Virus record (IMG/VR): IMGVR_UViG_3300020045_001036 | Coordinates: 1-64,000 of that record | Reading direction: 5' to 3' (one strand) | Length of the DNA: 64,000 nucleotides | Origin: a virus | Shown: positions 1 through 11,181 of the stretch, in pieces | Numbering within the stretch: position 1 is the first letter of the stretch | Layout: every line of letters begins with the position of its first letter | Notes under the pieces: model-generated | Seen by the model: the letters and a program-made list of their open reading frames with translations, nothing else | What the model was told of the DNA's origin: nothing | Databases searched by the model: none | Translations under genes and position numbers: made by a program

Positions 1-584
1 ACTACTCTTAGTTCTCCTGTAGCTGTTTTGTACCAATTATCTACTACAAGTCCTCCTGTAATAGCTGATGCATTATCTGCATATGTAGACAAGGGTGCTT
101 GTATATCGTCTAAAGTGGCTAAAGTGTAAGTTCCACCAGAAGCTTTGGCAGGAAATAAAAGTTCCACATCGTTACCTGTATCAGGTATCATATCAGCTAG
201 TTTTATAATAGTGCCAGAACCTGATATACCTTCCTCTAAAATGAATTTACCATTTTTAACTTCTACTGTACACATACCTCCTACAACTCTACTAGTCATA
301 ACAGCTCCCTCTTTTCTTACATCGATATCTCCATTAGGTCTATCTCCACTTTCTGCATCGGTTATAGAAAAATAAATGTGTTTATTATTTCCCGTTCCTG
401 CCCCTATTTCTACATAAACTTCACCATTATCCAGTGCCGCAGTCCTTCCTTCATTCAATACACTTTGTAAATCCTGAGAACCTCCACTGCCTCCACCAGA
501 TTCTAATTTATTAACTCTAAGTAGTAGTTCTTTTAAATATTGAGAAACTCTACTTCTATTTTTTATTGCACTTTCTAAATTCAT
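1..584 (-). CDS. Virion/tail-associated protein, runs off window (not in ORF track)
   Basis: Open frame from ATG at 584 (MNLESAIKNRSR...YADNASAITGGLVVDNWYKTATGELRVV) to the window edge; lies in the structural operon. Confidence 0.6.
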   Translation of the reverse strand, partial: MNLESAIKNRSRVSQYLKELLLRVNKLESGGGSGGSQDLQSVLNEGRTAALDNGEVYVEIGAGTGNNKHIYFSITDAESGDRPNGDIDVRKEGAVMTSRVVGGMCTVEVKNGKFILEEGISGSGTIIKLADMIPDTGNDVELLFPAKASGGTYTLATLDDIQAPLSTYADNASAITGGLVVDNWYKTATGELRV

Positions 585-651
585 AATTTTATTATTTTAT
601 TGTTTGACTTATTTCATTACATTCTATTATCATTATATGTATTATTTTTAA

Positions 652-957
652 TTAACATTCAGTAGCAAAATGAGGTATTACAGATCCAACAATTGCCGTA
701 AATGATACACATATAGTTGCATCAGGATCTAAGCAAGTAGAATATAAATTTATAGTTTGTGGATTATTATCAGCATCTAAATAATCTACAGAGGGTGGAT
801 GAAATCCTGGATTACATTGCTCATTATTTTCTGGTCCACAATCACAAAAATCTTGACTACCGTCTCTGACATAACTATAAACTTGTGTATCAAAAGGAGG
901 TGGTATAGGTATATCATCTGTAATAGTTCTGTATATATTTCTTTTAAAATTATTCAT
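652..957 (-). CDS. Hypothetical Cys-containing structural-region protein
   Basis: 101-aa ORF coupled to the tail fibre gene. Confidence 0.5.
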   Translation of the reverse strand: MNNFKRNIYRTITDDIPIPPPFDTQVYSYVRDGSQDFCDCGPENNEQCNPGFHPPSVDYLDADNNPQTINLYSTCLDPDATICVSFTAIVGSVIPHFATEC

Positions 958-959
958 AA

Positions 960-2198
960 TTATGCTTTTGTGTTACCAAGTAAATAATAAGATGAGGTTG
1001 CAAGTTTTCTTTCTATAAAAGTTTGATACCCTTGTCCTTTACTCTTAAGTCCTATTGGATTTGTTACACCAGTAAATGTGACATCAGCAGTTCCTTCTTG
1101 AATAAATCCTACACAAAAATTAGGTATAGTAATAGCCCCTAAGGATATAGTTATAGCTGTAGCTCCATTATTTACAAATATGGTGTACCCATTATCTACA
1201 TCTGTTAATGCAAATGAGGCAGCTTCTGTTCTTTGTGGATTTAATTCACTTACACCACCATCAGCCATTAAATACTGTGAAGAAGTTCCACCAGTTTTAA
1301 TAAATGATTTTCCAGTTATATCCCCAAATTTATTTATTCTTGATATAACAATACCGTTATCTAATAGATTAAAAGCATCTCCTCCTGAACCAATATTTCC
1401 TTGATTTACAGTTATTGCAACTCTACCATACCCATTTAATACTTCTAATCCTTTACTATTAACTGCTCCTCCATTTTGTACAGATAATGCAACACCTGTA
1501 CTAAGAGTATTATTGCTAAATTGTCCTCCTATACCTCCAGCATTATTTGTAACCATAAGAGCAGTATCTCCAATACCTTGTATTCCAGAAGAATGTACCC
1601 ATAAGGCACTACTAGCACCATCCGATTCCATATATGCACCTCTAACTGTAGGTGAAGCATATATTAACATTGCAGCATTAGTCTCTGCATGTCCAGTTCC
1701 TTTATTTATTTTTAAAATATTAGTACCACTTGCAGTTCCACCTGTAAAAAATTGTTTAATACCCGCAGTTACTGTCTCATTTCCAGTTAAATGAAAAGAT
1801 GTAGGAGTTGTTGGTAAATCTGCGGTTCCACCTAAATCATTTGTTAATTTTAAAATACCTTTTACAGTAGCTGTCGCATCTGGAATTATAGTGGGAGATA
1901 TTACTACCTTAGCAAAATTATAATGTTTATCTGAGTAATCTACATCATTTACAATTAATCCTGAAGGGTATATAAAATCAGAAGCAAGAAGTTTTATATC
2001 TCCTACTTCAACTTCTTTCCATTCATATTTAGTTCTTTCTTCAAGACAGGTTACTTCTAATCCTTTATGATAGGTATAAGCTAAATTATCGTTTACTCCT
2101 AAATCTTGCAATGAAGCTTCATTAAGACTATACCTTTTTATATCTAAAGGAATTTGAGTGGCTACTCTTAAACCTGTTTGTATATCATTAATATTCAT
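960..2198 (-). CDS. Tail/head fibre protein
   Basis: PDATATVKGILKL fibre repeat, Gly/Asn-rich beta region, SFIKTGGTSSQYLMADG motif. Confidence 0.7.
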   Translation of the reverse strand: MNINDIQTGLRVATQIPLDIKRYSLNEASLQDLGVNDNLAYTYHKGLEVTCLEERTKYEWKEVEVGDIKLLASDFIYPSGLIVNDVDYSDKHYNFAKVVISPTIIPDATATVKGILKLTNDLGGTADLPTTPTSFHLTGNETVTAGIKQFFTGGTASGTNILKINKGTGHAETNAAMLIYASPTVRGAYMESDGASSALWVHSSGIQGIGDTALMVTNNAGGIGGQFSNNTLSTGVALSVQNGGAVNSKGLEVLNGYGRVAITVNQGNIGSGGDAFNLLDNGIVISRINKFGDITGKSFIKTGGTSSQYLMADGGVSELNPQRTEAASFALTDVDNGYTIFVNNGATAITISLGAITIPNFCVGFIQEGTADVTFTGVTNPIGLKSKGQGYQTFIERKLATSSYYLLGNTKA

Positions 2199-3214
2199 TA
2201 AAAATTAGTTTTAAATTTATAATATAAAACACTAGGGGCAATTATGTTAATGGATACAAACACAGCTGTTTTCAAACTAACATCATATTGATAGTCAAAT
2301 TCATCTGTTATATCATTACCCATACTATCAGTGATAGTATAATTAGCATCCGGTGTTTCTTGTATAGCAAAAGCATTTCTACCTGTTACAGCATAAGTGA
2401 CTTTTTTACCTTGTTGAAACTCTGAAATATTTACAAAAGGTTTTGTATCTAAAAAAACTTGTGTTAAATTGGCCATTACATCATCTATATCTGTAGTGAT
2501 ATCTGGTTGTTGCCAATAGAATACATTCATATTTGTATAAGAATCAACTATAGTTTGTACATCTATACCTATTTTCTTAAAGCATTTAGCTATATTATTA
2601 TAGTTATATTTCTCTTTAACATATGTTACTTCATCAGCATCTATTGCTTTATTTACTTCACTTAAATAAAAAGAAGTATAATAACTAGCAATAATTTTAT
2701 TCATTATATCTAAGATTTCTTCATCTCCTGATATTTGAGTTTGTGCAACAAAATCAGCTACAACACTGCTTAAATCACATTGCAAATTAATACTCATATG
2801 TTTTAAATAAACTTCGTAAGATACAAAGTCTAATAGCATATATGCATTAGTTGCTCCTAGTAAGTTTAAGTATGTATCTGATCTGATATTATCACAATCT
2901 TTACAGGATCCACACTCACTACATTTACAGTAGAGAGTATTAATTACATCTACAATATACAATAAGAAGTTCTTATAAAATAAAATATCAGGCAATTTTT
3001 CCGTAGAAATACTGTCTGATACTGTTACTTGATAGATCCCATCTTTGTAATTTATTGGTAATGTAATTGTTTCATTTGGAATTATACTACCTGATGATAC
3101 TTGTGTAGTAGACCCACACCCTCCTAAAGAGAGAGTGTAGGTTAAACTAACTACACCTGTATTTTTTATGGTGTATACATCCTTGTATTTATTTAAGGTG
3201 TATGCTATGGCCAT
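2198..3214 (-). CDS. Structural protein with Cys cluster
   Basis: Position in the virion operon; CKCSECGSCKDC. Confidence 0.5.
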   Translation of the reverse strand: MAIAYTLNKYKDVYTIKNTGVVSLTYTLSLGGCGSTTQVSSGSIIPNETITLPINYKDGIYQVTVSDSISTEKLPDILFYKNFLLYIVDVINTLYCKCSECGSCKDCDNIRSDTYLNLLGATNAYMLLDFVSYEVYLKHMSINLQCDLSSVVADFVAQTQISGDEEILDIMNKIIASYYTSFYLSEVNKAIDADEVTYVKEKYNYNNIAKCFKKIGIDVQTIVDSYTNMNVFYWQQPDITTDIDDVMANLTQVFLDTKPFVNISEFQQGKKVTYAVTGRNAFAIQETPDANYTITDSMGNDITDEFDYQYDVSLKTAVFVSINIIAPSVLYYKFKTNF

Positions 3215-3226
3215 ATATTACAGTTA

Positions 3227-4456
3227 TTAAGATATACCATCAGTATCAGCAACAAAACTAGAAGTTAGTTCCTGATCTGTATCATCAGCTCCAAAAGTAG
3301 CAGCTCCACCAAAGTCATTAGCTAGAGGATTAAAGCCTTTACCAGCTAACATAACATCTAACATAGTTGCAAAAGCAGCTGCTGTTACAGTGTCACCATT
3401 AGGTATTGCAACTATTGTTGCTTCATTGTTGAAAAATTGTTCCCATCCACCTTCTGATTGTTCATCATATGTTAGTATGTATTGAGTATACTTTTCAGTC
3501 TTAACTGCATTGTAATTAATATCATTTGCAACACCATTTAATGTAGACAATCTGTAAGGAGAGTCAATCCAGCCATTAGCTTCATATTCTAATTGTTTGA
3601 TATCATACCCAGAACCTTCCTCAAAAATAGCCTCTTGAATTACAGTAAAAGTACTATTATTTTGGAAACCAATTACTGGAGAAGTTATAACTACAGATTC
3701 TCTAGGATAAAAGTATTTCAAGTTTATAGAATTAAAATCTTTTGCTACTTGGGTGATAGTAGTGATTTGTATATCTGTGTATACATAATCTGCTGTATCT
3801 ACTTGCAATTTATTAAATGCAATAAGTGCATCTACTTCAGCTTCTGTAACTACATCTCCTGCAGTTTTAGCAGCTACTCCTGGAATTGCTAAAGCAGCAA
3901 TGTCAGTTCTTGCTATAGCCTCAGCTTTAACTAGAGCATGTGGTTCACTATTAATTTGAAATACCAAATCTTTAGTAATATAGTTAGCATCACTAGAAGG
4001 ACATTGAGTGCTACAAAGATCTGTTGCAGGAGTTTTAGTAATATACGTTTGTGTATATTGGTTATACCCTTGGCTTCTATAAATCTCTTGATTTCTCATC
4101 TCAAGTTTAACACCATATTCAGTTTCACTTTCAGCTAAATAATCACCTAACTTTACTATCATTGCTTGACCAGGGTTATAAGGTCTAACACTTGCGTATT
4201 TTATATTTTTATTTTGAATGGAACTTCCTGAAGATTTGGCAATATTGTCAATTACAGTATCACCATCTAAATCAAGACCTACACCTATGTAAAAATTTCT
4301 AATATTAGTATCAGCGGCACCTATAGATAAACCCGTATTCCCATCAAAGAAACCTATTTGTCCTACACCTAAAGCGGTAGGTTTTGAACCAGAGGCCAAT
4401 AGCCCTTGATTATCTTTAGAAACGAGTACTTTATATACATCATTATTTCTACTCAT
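3227..4456 (-). CDS. crAss-like conserved virion protein (auxiliary capsid protein-like)
   Basis: Third gene downstream of MCP, as in the crAss-like capsid module; EEGSGYDIKQLEY motif. Confidence 0.6.
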   Translation of the reverse strand: MSRNNDVYKVLVSKDNQGLLASGSKPTALGVGQIGFFDGNTGLSIGAADTNIRNFYIGVGLDLDGDTVIDNIAKSSGSSIQNKNIKYASVRPYNPGQAMIVKLGDYLAESETEYGVKLEMRNQEIYRSQGYNQYTQTYITKTPATDLCSTQCPSSDANYITKDLVFQINSEPHALVKAEAIARTDIAALAIPGVAAKTAGDVVTEAEVDALIAFNKLQVDTADYVYTDIQITTITQVAKDFNSINLKYFYPRESVVITSPVIGFQNNSTFTVIQEAIFEEGSGYDIKQLEYEANGWIDSPYRLSTLNGVANDINYNAVKTEKYTQYILTYDEQSEGGWEQFFNNEATIVAIPNGDTVTAAAFATMLDVMLAGKGFNPLANDFGGAATFGADDTDQELTSSFVADTDGIS

Positions 4457-4467
4457 AATTTTTAATT

Positions 4468-5178
4468 TTAATTATTTAAATTCAATTTTGCTTGCTTTAT
4501 TTGATAATCTGGAATCTGCAAGTTACCAGTAAGTATAAGTACAGCTATATCTACAATTTCTCTGTGTGTGTGTTCAGGAAGTTCACAATCTTGTGTACCA
4601 CTCAATATTGTACCATCAGGTAATTTATAAGATTGAGTAGGTAAGAAGTCTTCAGCATTATGTATATAAGCAGGTTTTCTTATGTAATCTAATATTAGTT
4701 TAGGAGTAGTGAATGTAGTATCATTAAAGATTCTTATTCCAGCACTATAAAATCTAATATTTACTGTTCCCCATTCATATGAGGATTTGTATAAATAATT
4801 ACCTAAAAGATAATCATCATGTTGTTTCAATAAACCTTTAACTTTCCTATCACCACAGGAAGGTTTATTCATTATAATATCACTAGATAAATAGAACATA
4901 TAATCTACAGGAAGAGGAGCATAAGTTAAAGTTGCATTAGTTACTGTGTTAATTTCAACAGCGTCTTCTACTAATACTCTAATATCGTCTATACTTCTTT
5001 GACTTGTTTCAAAGCCTAAGTTATTCTTCTGTCTAGGCTCTGCAATAGATTTTATGTATATCTCATAGGCCTCATTAAGTACCCAATCAATTTCAGGTAC
5101 TCTCAGATTTCTATATTGTTGAGAATCTACTTTATTAAGCTTGTACTTTAAATCATAGTGCATTCCCTTTATATCCAT
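4468..5178 (-). CDS. crAss-like ring/adaptor (tail tubular) protein
   Basis: EIDWVLNEA, YIRKP and CELPEHTHREIVDIAV motifs; synteny. Confidence 0.65.
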   Translation of the reverse strand: MDIKGMHYDLKYKLNKVDSQQYRNLRVPEIDWVLNEAYEIYIKSIAEPRQKNNLGFETSQRSIDDIRVLVEDAVEINTVTNATLTYAPLPVDYMFYLSSDIIMNKPSCGDRKVKGLLKQHDDYLLGNYLYKSSYEWGTVNIRFYSAGIRIFNDTTFTTPKLILDYIRKPAYIHNAEDFLPTQSYKLPDGTILSGTQDCELPEHTHREIVDIAVLILTGNLQIPDYQIKQAKLNLNN

Positions 5179-5179
5179 A

Positions 5180-5977
5180 CTATTTGTTTAGATTTTCTAG
5201 AATTTGGGCTTTTAATGTTTGATTTTTTGGATTGATAAAATAGTCTATAGTAGACTCAACATCAAATCCTAATTGATCATCCATAAAGTAGATAGCAGTA
5301 CCATCTTTTCTTAAAATGTTTTTGTATAAAGCCTCTAATATTAATGAGTTTAGTGACACTCTAGTTTTATCTCTTTGGATAAGTGTAAGAACTTTTTCAG
5401 CTCCTTCACTATCTATAGCATCATCTAATTTAAGATCTACAAAATCTTCTGATTGTTCTCTCACAGAGACACCGGTTAAAATTTGTACTATCTCCGCTTT
5501 TCTAAGTTTAGTTAACTTGGAAGCTTCAATAACTACTTTTCTTTTAATAGATGCTTTGGATGCTCTAATATCTGTATCTTCTTGTTCATCAAATATCACA
5601 AATAAAGCCTCAGGGTATTTACCATCTTCATATTCTTTTTGTGAATTAGCTACTAAATCAGATTCTTTCATTACCTTAACTTTAATTTCCTCTAATGGAT
5701 TATCTGTATTGAAGATATTAGTCTTAAATGCCAATTTAATTAAAGCTGCTGGTGAATTCCAAAATTCGTGAGGTGTTCCTAGTTTATACTCAGGAGACAA
5801 GTTATAACCTGTAATCTTTTCTAATCTATTTTTATCTTCTTCTGTTAGTCCTGTTGCATACTGTCCTGTTCTTGTACTAACTAAAGCTTCAATTGTTGTA
5901 GGTCTAGTAAACACATCTTTACCTTTAACTTTATGCCATCTTTCTTTTTCAATGGGTCTTACTTCTACTATTGCCAT
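5180..5977 (-). CDS. Conserved crAss-like protein downstream of MCP
   Basis: Synteny; 265-aa ORF. Confidence 0.55.
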   Translation of the reverse strand: MAIVEVRPIEKERWHKVKGKDVFTRPTTIEALVSTRTGQYATGLTEEDKNRLEKITGYNLSPEYKLGTPHEFWNSPAALIKLAFKTNIFNTDNPLEEIKVKVMKESDLVANSQKEYEDGKYPEALFVIFDEQEDTDIRASKASIKRKVVIEASKLTKLRKAEIVQILTGVSVREQSEDFVDLKLDDAIDSEGAEKVLTLIQRDKTRVSLNSLILEALYKNILRKDGTAIYFMDDQLGFDVESTIDYFINPKNQTLKAQILENLNK

Positions 5978-6000
5978 TTTCTATTTTTTATTTATTTTTA

Positions 6001-6034
6001 ATAAAAGACCTTCCACTTAAGAGAGGCCTTTATC
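6001..6034 (-). terminator. Intrinsic terminator after MCP
   Basis: Imperfect hairpin AAAGGCCTCTC...GGAAGGTCTTTT on the minus strand, immediately after the MCP stop. Confidence 0.55.
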
Positions 6035-6040
6035 TATTTA

Positions 6041-7507
6041 TTATCCAATTTTTCTTTTCAAGATCAACTCACCACATTTAGTGATATCTTCAATATGTAC
6101 ACCACATATTTTAGATACGTGCATACTGTAGTGTTCACCTGAGTGAGACATTAGACCACCTTTGTTAGCTCCATAAGGATTAACTAATCCACCTACATAT
6201 CCAAATTTGTAACCATCTTTTTTAGATACAAGTTGAACATTTGAATTTCCAGAATCTCCAGAGAAATCTAAGAAAGTAAATCTCATAGATTCTACAGGAT
6301 AACCTGTAATAGGATCAATTTCAAAGTTGATTTGTCTATCATCATACAAAGGATTATGAACTAATTCTAGTTCAGCACCATTATGCATTTTATATTGTAC
6401 GAATTGGTATCCAATAGAATAAGCATTAGAGTGAACTGCAGAAGAAGCTGATTGTACTGGATTGAAGTTTTGATTAGCAATAACCCAACCTCTTTTATCC
6501 ATCAAATCTTGCATAGCTCTGTTGAACAACAACATACCATACTCTCCTGTAAATACTTTAATTTTTCTTCCGGAACCTGGCTTAACTCTAGAGTAGAAGA
6601 TATCTAACAAGAATTCTTCAATAAGTTTAGCTGTTAGTTCTGTGTAATAGTGAACATGAGAATCTTCTAGTTTTTCTTGTATACCTGAGAATGAATCTAC
6701 AGATCTACCAGTTGAACCTTCAATACTTCTAGCTTTTCTATTATACCAATAGGCTCTTTCAAGTTCTCTATACCATTGTTGCCAGTATTCTACCTCAGCG
6801 TATTTGATCCATGAATCATGCATTCCACCTTTAGAATCTTGCATTTTAACTGCCAATACTTCTTCAGAAGCATAATCAGTAACTTCATATTTCTTTCTGA
6901 ATTTACCCATAGAGTCTCTTAAAGTAAGAGGCATACTGTATTGGGTAGATCCATCTTGGTTAGAACCCTCTTCTGCTGTAGAGTACAATTTAGCCCATTG
7001 TTGACCTGGAGTAAGATAAGTTACAGGTAAGAATGCTTGGAAATCATCTGATACCAATCTTACTGTGTAAACCCAACCATTACCATGTCTTTGTGGATCT
7101 TCCATGATTCTACATTGATACTTCTGGCCTGCTGTACCTGGACTAATAACGTCTGTTGCTTGGAACCAATTCTCATCTAGTTTAATCTTAAATGCTGTTT
7201 TACCTTGACCTGGAGTTGTATCTGCAGATGGTAAAACATTTTCAAGAACTACAAGAGGTCTAGTTGTAGCACCTTTCAACTGCCATTCCCATTCCATTGT
7301 TCCAATTACTTTTTCAGATCCTGAAGCCCAAGCAATACTTGAAAGTGGATTATCTGAGTAATAGTTTTGTGCTGAGAAGAGTTGATTCATCTTCCCTTCA
7401 AACACAGTAGGCTTAGCAGACAAGTTAGCTCCTAAGTGGTTAAGCTCTGTCATGTTAGCATGCCATGGCATTTGTTTTGTTTTAAATTTACTTCCTAATG
7501 TTGCCAT
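6041..7507 (-). CDS. Major capsid protein (crAss-like)
   Basis: 488 aa; EWEWQL, KLDENWF, TGEYGM..F and HNPLYDD motifs; downstream of portal and scaffold. Confidence 0.9.
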   Translation of the reverse strand: MATLGSKFKTKQMPWHANMTELNHLGANLSAKPTVFEGKMNQLFSAQNYYSDNPLSSIAWASGSEKVIGTMEWEWQLKGATTRPLVVLENVLPSADTTPGQGKTAFKIKLDENWFQATDVISPGTAGQKYQCRIMEDPQRHGNGWVYTVRLVSDDFQAFLPVTYLTPGQQWAKLYSTAEEGSNQDGSTQYSMPLTLRDSMGKFRKKYEVTDYASEEVLAVKMQDSKGGMHDSWIKYAEVEYWQQWYRELERAYWYNRKARSIEGSTGRSVDSFSGIQEKLEDSHVHYYTELTAKLIEEFLLDIFYSRVKPGSGRKIKVFTGEYGMLLFNRAMQDLMDKRGWVIANQNFNPVQSASSAVHSNAYSIGYQFVQYKMHNGAELELVHNPLYDDRQINFEIDPITGYPVESMRFTFLDFSGDSGNSNVQLVSKKDGYKFGYVGGLVNPYGANKGGLMSHSGEHYSMHVSKICGVHIEDITKCGELILKRKIG

Positions 7508-7529
7508 AATTTAATCTTATTGTTTTTAT

Positions 7530-8657
7530 TTAAATAAAGTATTCAGCTAAGCTTTTTCCCTCTGCTGAACTTCCAGAAGCAGCTGGTCTTAGTGATTTTC
7601 TTTGTTCTAAGTTTGTTTTAATTTTCTTTGTATTCTTAGTAGTTACTTTCTTTTCAAAACTAGACATATCAAAATCACTATTAATTAATTTAGCTAGTAA
7701 TACTAATTTATCTGTGTCTTGAAACACTTCACCTAATTTCTTTTGGAAGCCTGTAATACTTTTATCACTACCAGCTTTATATTCCTTTCTGGTAAGGAAG
7801 TTAATTAAATCAGTTTTTTCTTTAGCATTTATCTTAAATCCTGAAATTTCATCTTTATCCTCTAGTACAGTTTTAACATTGAGTTTAAACTTATCCTCTT
7901 GTGCTTTAGCTGCTAATTTCTGAGCATTTGCTTGAGTAAGTAATTCTTGTTTCTCATCGGCAATTAACTGTTTAGCTCTAGCATCATATTTCTTAGCTAC
8001 TTTTTCTTTTCTATCAGTTTCAGTTAGATATTTAAGTCTATCTTCAATTTCTTCTCTGTCCCATCCATCTTCAGCTAATTGAAATCTAATGATGGCATCT
8101 TGATAATCCTCATCTTCTAAATCTCCTGTAGGTATTTCAGATGCTCCTGCATAAGTATTGAAGAAATCTTCTGTAGAACCACCTTCTCTTTTAAATTTAA
8201 TAAAAGCTTTAGCGTCTGCATCTAAATCCTTAGTGGCCCAAGCTTCTAATCTAGCTGATACTTCAGCTTCATATTCTTCATCTTGTAACTCAGCAAATCT
8301 ATCTGCATCTATTTCTTCATCTTCATTAATTTCAATATGCTTAAATAATCCTGATTCTTTAGAATCTAGAATAAGATCTTTATAGATTGAACCTTCTACT
8401 TTATTAGTATCTTTCTCTTTAGGTTCATCTTCTTCGTCTTCTTCATCTTCATTTGGAATACCTTTATTTTTGATTTCATCAAAGAAAGCATCATCTTCAT
8501 CTTCCTCCTCTTCTTCCTCTTCAGCTTTAGTAGGTTCTACTTTAGCTACAGGTACTTTAGGTTCTGCCTTTTTAGGCTCTACAGGTTCTGCGCCTGGTGT
8601 TGGTACTCCGAAGAAATCTTCGTTTTCTTCCCAATCAAAATCTCCTAGTTTACTCAT
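7530..8657 (-). CDS. Acidic scaffold-like protein
   Basis: Very acidic N-terminus and coiled coil; lies between portal and MCP. Confidence 0.65.
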   Translation of the reverse strand: MSKLGDFDWEENEDFFGVPTPGAEPVEPKKAEPKVPVAKVEPTKAEEEEEEEDEDDAFFDEIKNKGIPNEDEEDEEDEPKEKDTNKVEGSIYKDLILDSKESGLFKHIEINEDEEIDADRFAELQDEEYEAEVSARLEAWATKDLDADAKAFIKFKREGGSTEDFFNTYAGASEIPTGDLEDEDYQDAIIRFQLAEDGWDREEIEDRLKYLTETDRKEKVAKKYDARAKQLIADEKQELLTQANAQKLAAKAQEDKFKLNVKTVLEDKDEISGFKINAKEKTDLINFLTRKEYKAGSDKSITGFQKKLGEVFQDTDKLVLLAKLINSDFDMSSFEKKVTTKNTKKIKTNLEQRKSLRPAASGSSAEGKSLAEYFI

Positions 8658-8673
8658 ATCTTTATTTCTTGTG

Positions 8674-8681
8674 CAAAATTA
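8674..8681 (-). promoter_or_regulatory. Bacteroidota sigma-A -7 element upstream of scaffold/MCP
   Basis: TAATTTTG (TAnnTTTG) followed by CAC, 16 nt before the ATG; terminator-like hairpin at ~8718-8736 after the portal gene. Confidence 0.6.
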
Positions 8682-8743
8682 ACTCTTTTCTTTAAAATAT
8701 TAAAGATTAAAACTTAACCCCTAAAAGTTAGGGGCTAATAGCT

Positions 8744-11179
8744 TTATTTTGGTTTACTTGCTTGTTGTTTCTTTTTTATGTTTATTTCTTCGTCTTTTTG
8801 CTTAGCTTTTATACTGTCAGACTCTATTTGGTGGTCTAACTTTCTATTATCTAAAGCAATTTTCTTAGCTTTTATATCAGCATCTACTCCAAATTTAGCA
8901 ACCTCTAATACATCAGGAGTGCCATCACCATCTGAATCTTTATCTTCATTGAATCCTAAAGATAAGATAGTTTGTTTTTGAATATCAATCTCTCCTTTAA
9001 GTTGAATTTCTTCCATGTTATTACCATGTTCAATATCCATTTTCTCTCTTTCCCAAGCTCTAGCTTTTTCAGCTATTTCTTGTGAAGATTGTATAGCTGC
9101 ATTAGCAGATTGTTGTTCTCTTTCTATTCTATCGTTTTCTGCAACTTGTAATAGTTCTTCAGCTTCTTGAATAGATTCAGATCTCATAATCTTGATAACA
9201 TCAGATAATTCAATTTTTTGATTTTGTAATGCAGCATGAGATAACTGTTGTACCATCTGTAATGCCTCATGAGATTTCATAGAGTTAGATACAAATATAC
9301 CATATTCTGAATTTTCTAGTAAATCATAGTCCAGAGTTAACATCTGTCTTGACATATCATCTAATACATAAGATAAATATCTAGGTTGAAATTCAGAGTA
9401 AGCTACTTTGGCCACCTCTATTAAAGCTTGTAATGCATTCCTTTTTACATTGTTATGTAATTCAAAATAAGGTTCTAAAATGTTAGCAGACTGTACTATC
9501 GCTTGTTGTGTATTAGATACTGCATCATTAGCACCAATTTGTCCTTCAATAGCTTTAGTAATACCTACCGATTCTCCGCATCTCTTTTCTATATACTCAG
9601 CTAACTGTATATACTTTTGTATATCTGAAGCTAGAGACATATCTATTTCTTTGGCCGCTGTAGTAATATCAGAAACTCCTTTATTACCTTCTTCATTAGG
9701 ATCCATCCAACCTATCTTACTAGACTCAAAATAATGCATCCATTTTTCTAAAGTTATACCGGATTTTCTAGGTACTAGATTCATATTCAGTAAAAGTTGT
9801 TTACCTTTATCTGATGCTGTAAGTAGTTCTATTCTGTACATTAAGATATTATAGAAGTACTGATAGTACTTCATTCTATCTACTAAAGAAGTTACTTGTG
9901 AATTTAAATCATCAAATGCAGCTCCAATATAAGATAATCTACAATCATATAAATTTTCTAAATCTCTATGTTGGCCAGGTACTTCTCTCATGAATGCATA
10001 CTTGTCTTTACCTATTTTATAAGTCTCAAACTTAGCTACAATCCATTCTTCTTGTATTGAGATATCTCCAGCTTCTCTATTTAACTGATAACTTTCATCA
10101 ACTATATCTTCTTCTGGTTCACCTGTTTCTGGATCTATATAAGTAAGAAATTTGATAAGTTTTAATGCTTTATATTCTGCATGTATTACTCTAATACCAT
10201 AAGTAACTTCTGAGTATTCATCTTGAAATGTAAAAGCACTATCAGGTATAGATGATGCATGAGTAAAATCTGTATAGATTTCATCAATTTCTTTTAAAGT
10301 AAGTTCTGTACCAAAATGTCTTACTACTTCTGAAGGTGTCATATACATTTCATATATAGCCCACTCTCCTTGTTCTATGTAATCTAGATCAGGAGACTTA
10401 TCATAGTCAAATCTAATAGGGTTAACTACTCTTAAAGTAGGTTCCCCATTTACTACACCAGTCCAGTATATCTCTCTACCTGCTATAAGACCGTGTTTCC
10501 AACCTTTATTAAACTTCATCTTAATATCTTGTCTCTGTATTAAGTACTCTAATATTTGATGTGCTAATGCTTCAGCGGGATCTTGATGTTCTCTAGACAT
10601 ATATCTTTTAACTTCTTCTGGAGTCATAGCTTTTAATTCTTGTTGAATTTGTTCGTCTATTTTTTGTTGCTCCTCAGGTGTTAAAGGTTTACCTTTTTTC
10701 TCTGCTTGATACTTTTTCTCAATCTCCTGTTGAATAGGAGTCATGATACTATTATATACAAAGTCTTTTAATTTTTTAAATTCTTCTTGTTCTCTTCTAG
10801 TTGTAGCTTCTTCATTAGTTGCCACTACTTTCCAAGAAAAGGGTCTTTTCATTTCCATACCTAGTAAAGCTTTTACTTTACCGGATAGTATATCTTTATT
10901 AGTAAAGTCAGCAGGCAATTCTCCTACTTCTTTACCAAATGGTGAGCATACATGTTCAAAATCAGCTTTATTAATCCTATTATTAAACAGATCATAATTC
11001 ACTCTCATTTTTCTATACTCTGAAATACCTGTATTACTATTGTTATTGGAATACAGATTTCCATTCATAAAGGAAAGTCCATCTAGACCATCTACTTTCT
11101 TTTTGTACCATTCATTATCATTAGCTTCTCTTTCAGCTCTAGTTACCCTACTGTCTTGTGGGGTGCTTGATTCTCTCAT
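8744..11179 (-). CDS. Portal protein
   Basis: 811 aa; follows TerL; SLVDRMKYYQY and crAss-type C-terminal DxDGDGTPDVLE. Confidence 0.85.
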   Translation of the reverse strand: MRESSTPQDSRVTRAEREANDNEWYKKKVDGLDGLSFMNGNLYSNNNSNTGISEYRKMRVNYDLFNNRINKADFEHVCSPFGKEVGELPADFTNKDILSGKVKALLGMEMKRPFSWKVVATNEEATTRREQEEFKKLKDFVYNSIMTPIQQEIEKKYQAEKKGKPLTPEEQQKIDEQIQQELKAMTPEEVKRYMSREHQDPAEALAHQILEYLIQRQDIKMKFNKGWKHGLIAGREIYWTGVVNGEPTLRVVNPIRFDYDKSPDLDYIEQGEWAIYEMYMTPSEVVRHFGTELTLKEIDEIYTDFTHASSIPDSAFTFQDEYSEVTYGIRVIHAEYKALKLIKFLTYIDPETGEPEEDIVDESYQLNREAGDISIQEEWIVAKFETYKIGKDKYAFMREVPGQHRDLENLYDCRLSYIGAAFDDLNSQVTSLVDRMKYYQYFYNILMYRIELLTASDKGKQLLLNMNLVPRKSGITLEKWMHYFESSKIGWMDPNEEGNKGVSDITTAAKEIDMSLASDIQKYIQLAEYIEKRCGESVGITKAIEGQIGANDAVSNTQQAIVQSANILEPYFELHNNVKRNALQALIEVAKVAYSEFQPRYLSYVLDDMSRQMLTLDYDLLENSEYGIFVSNSMKSHEALQMVQQLSHAALQNQKIELSDVIKIMRSESIQEAEELLQVAENDRIEREQQSANAAIQSSQEIAEKARAWEREKMDIEHGNNMEEIQLKGEIDIQKQTILSLGFNEDKDSDGDGTPDVLEVAKFGVDADIKAKKIALDNRKLDHQIESDSIKAKQKDEEINIKKKQQASKPK

Positions 11180-11181
11180 AC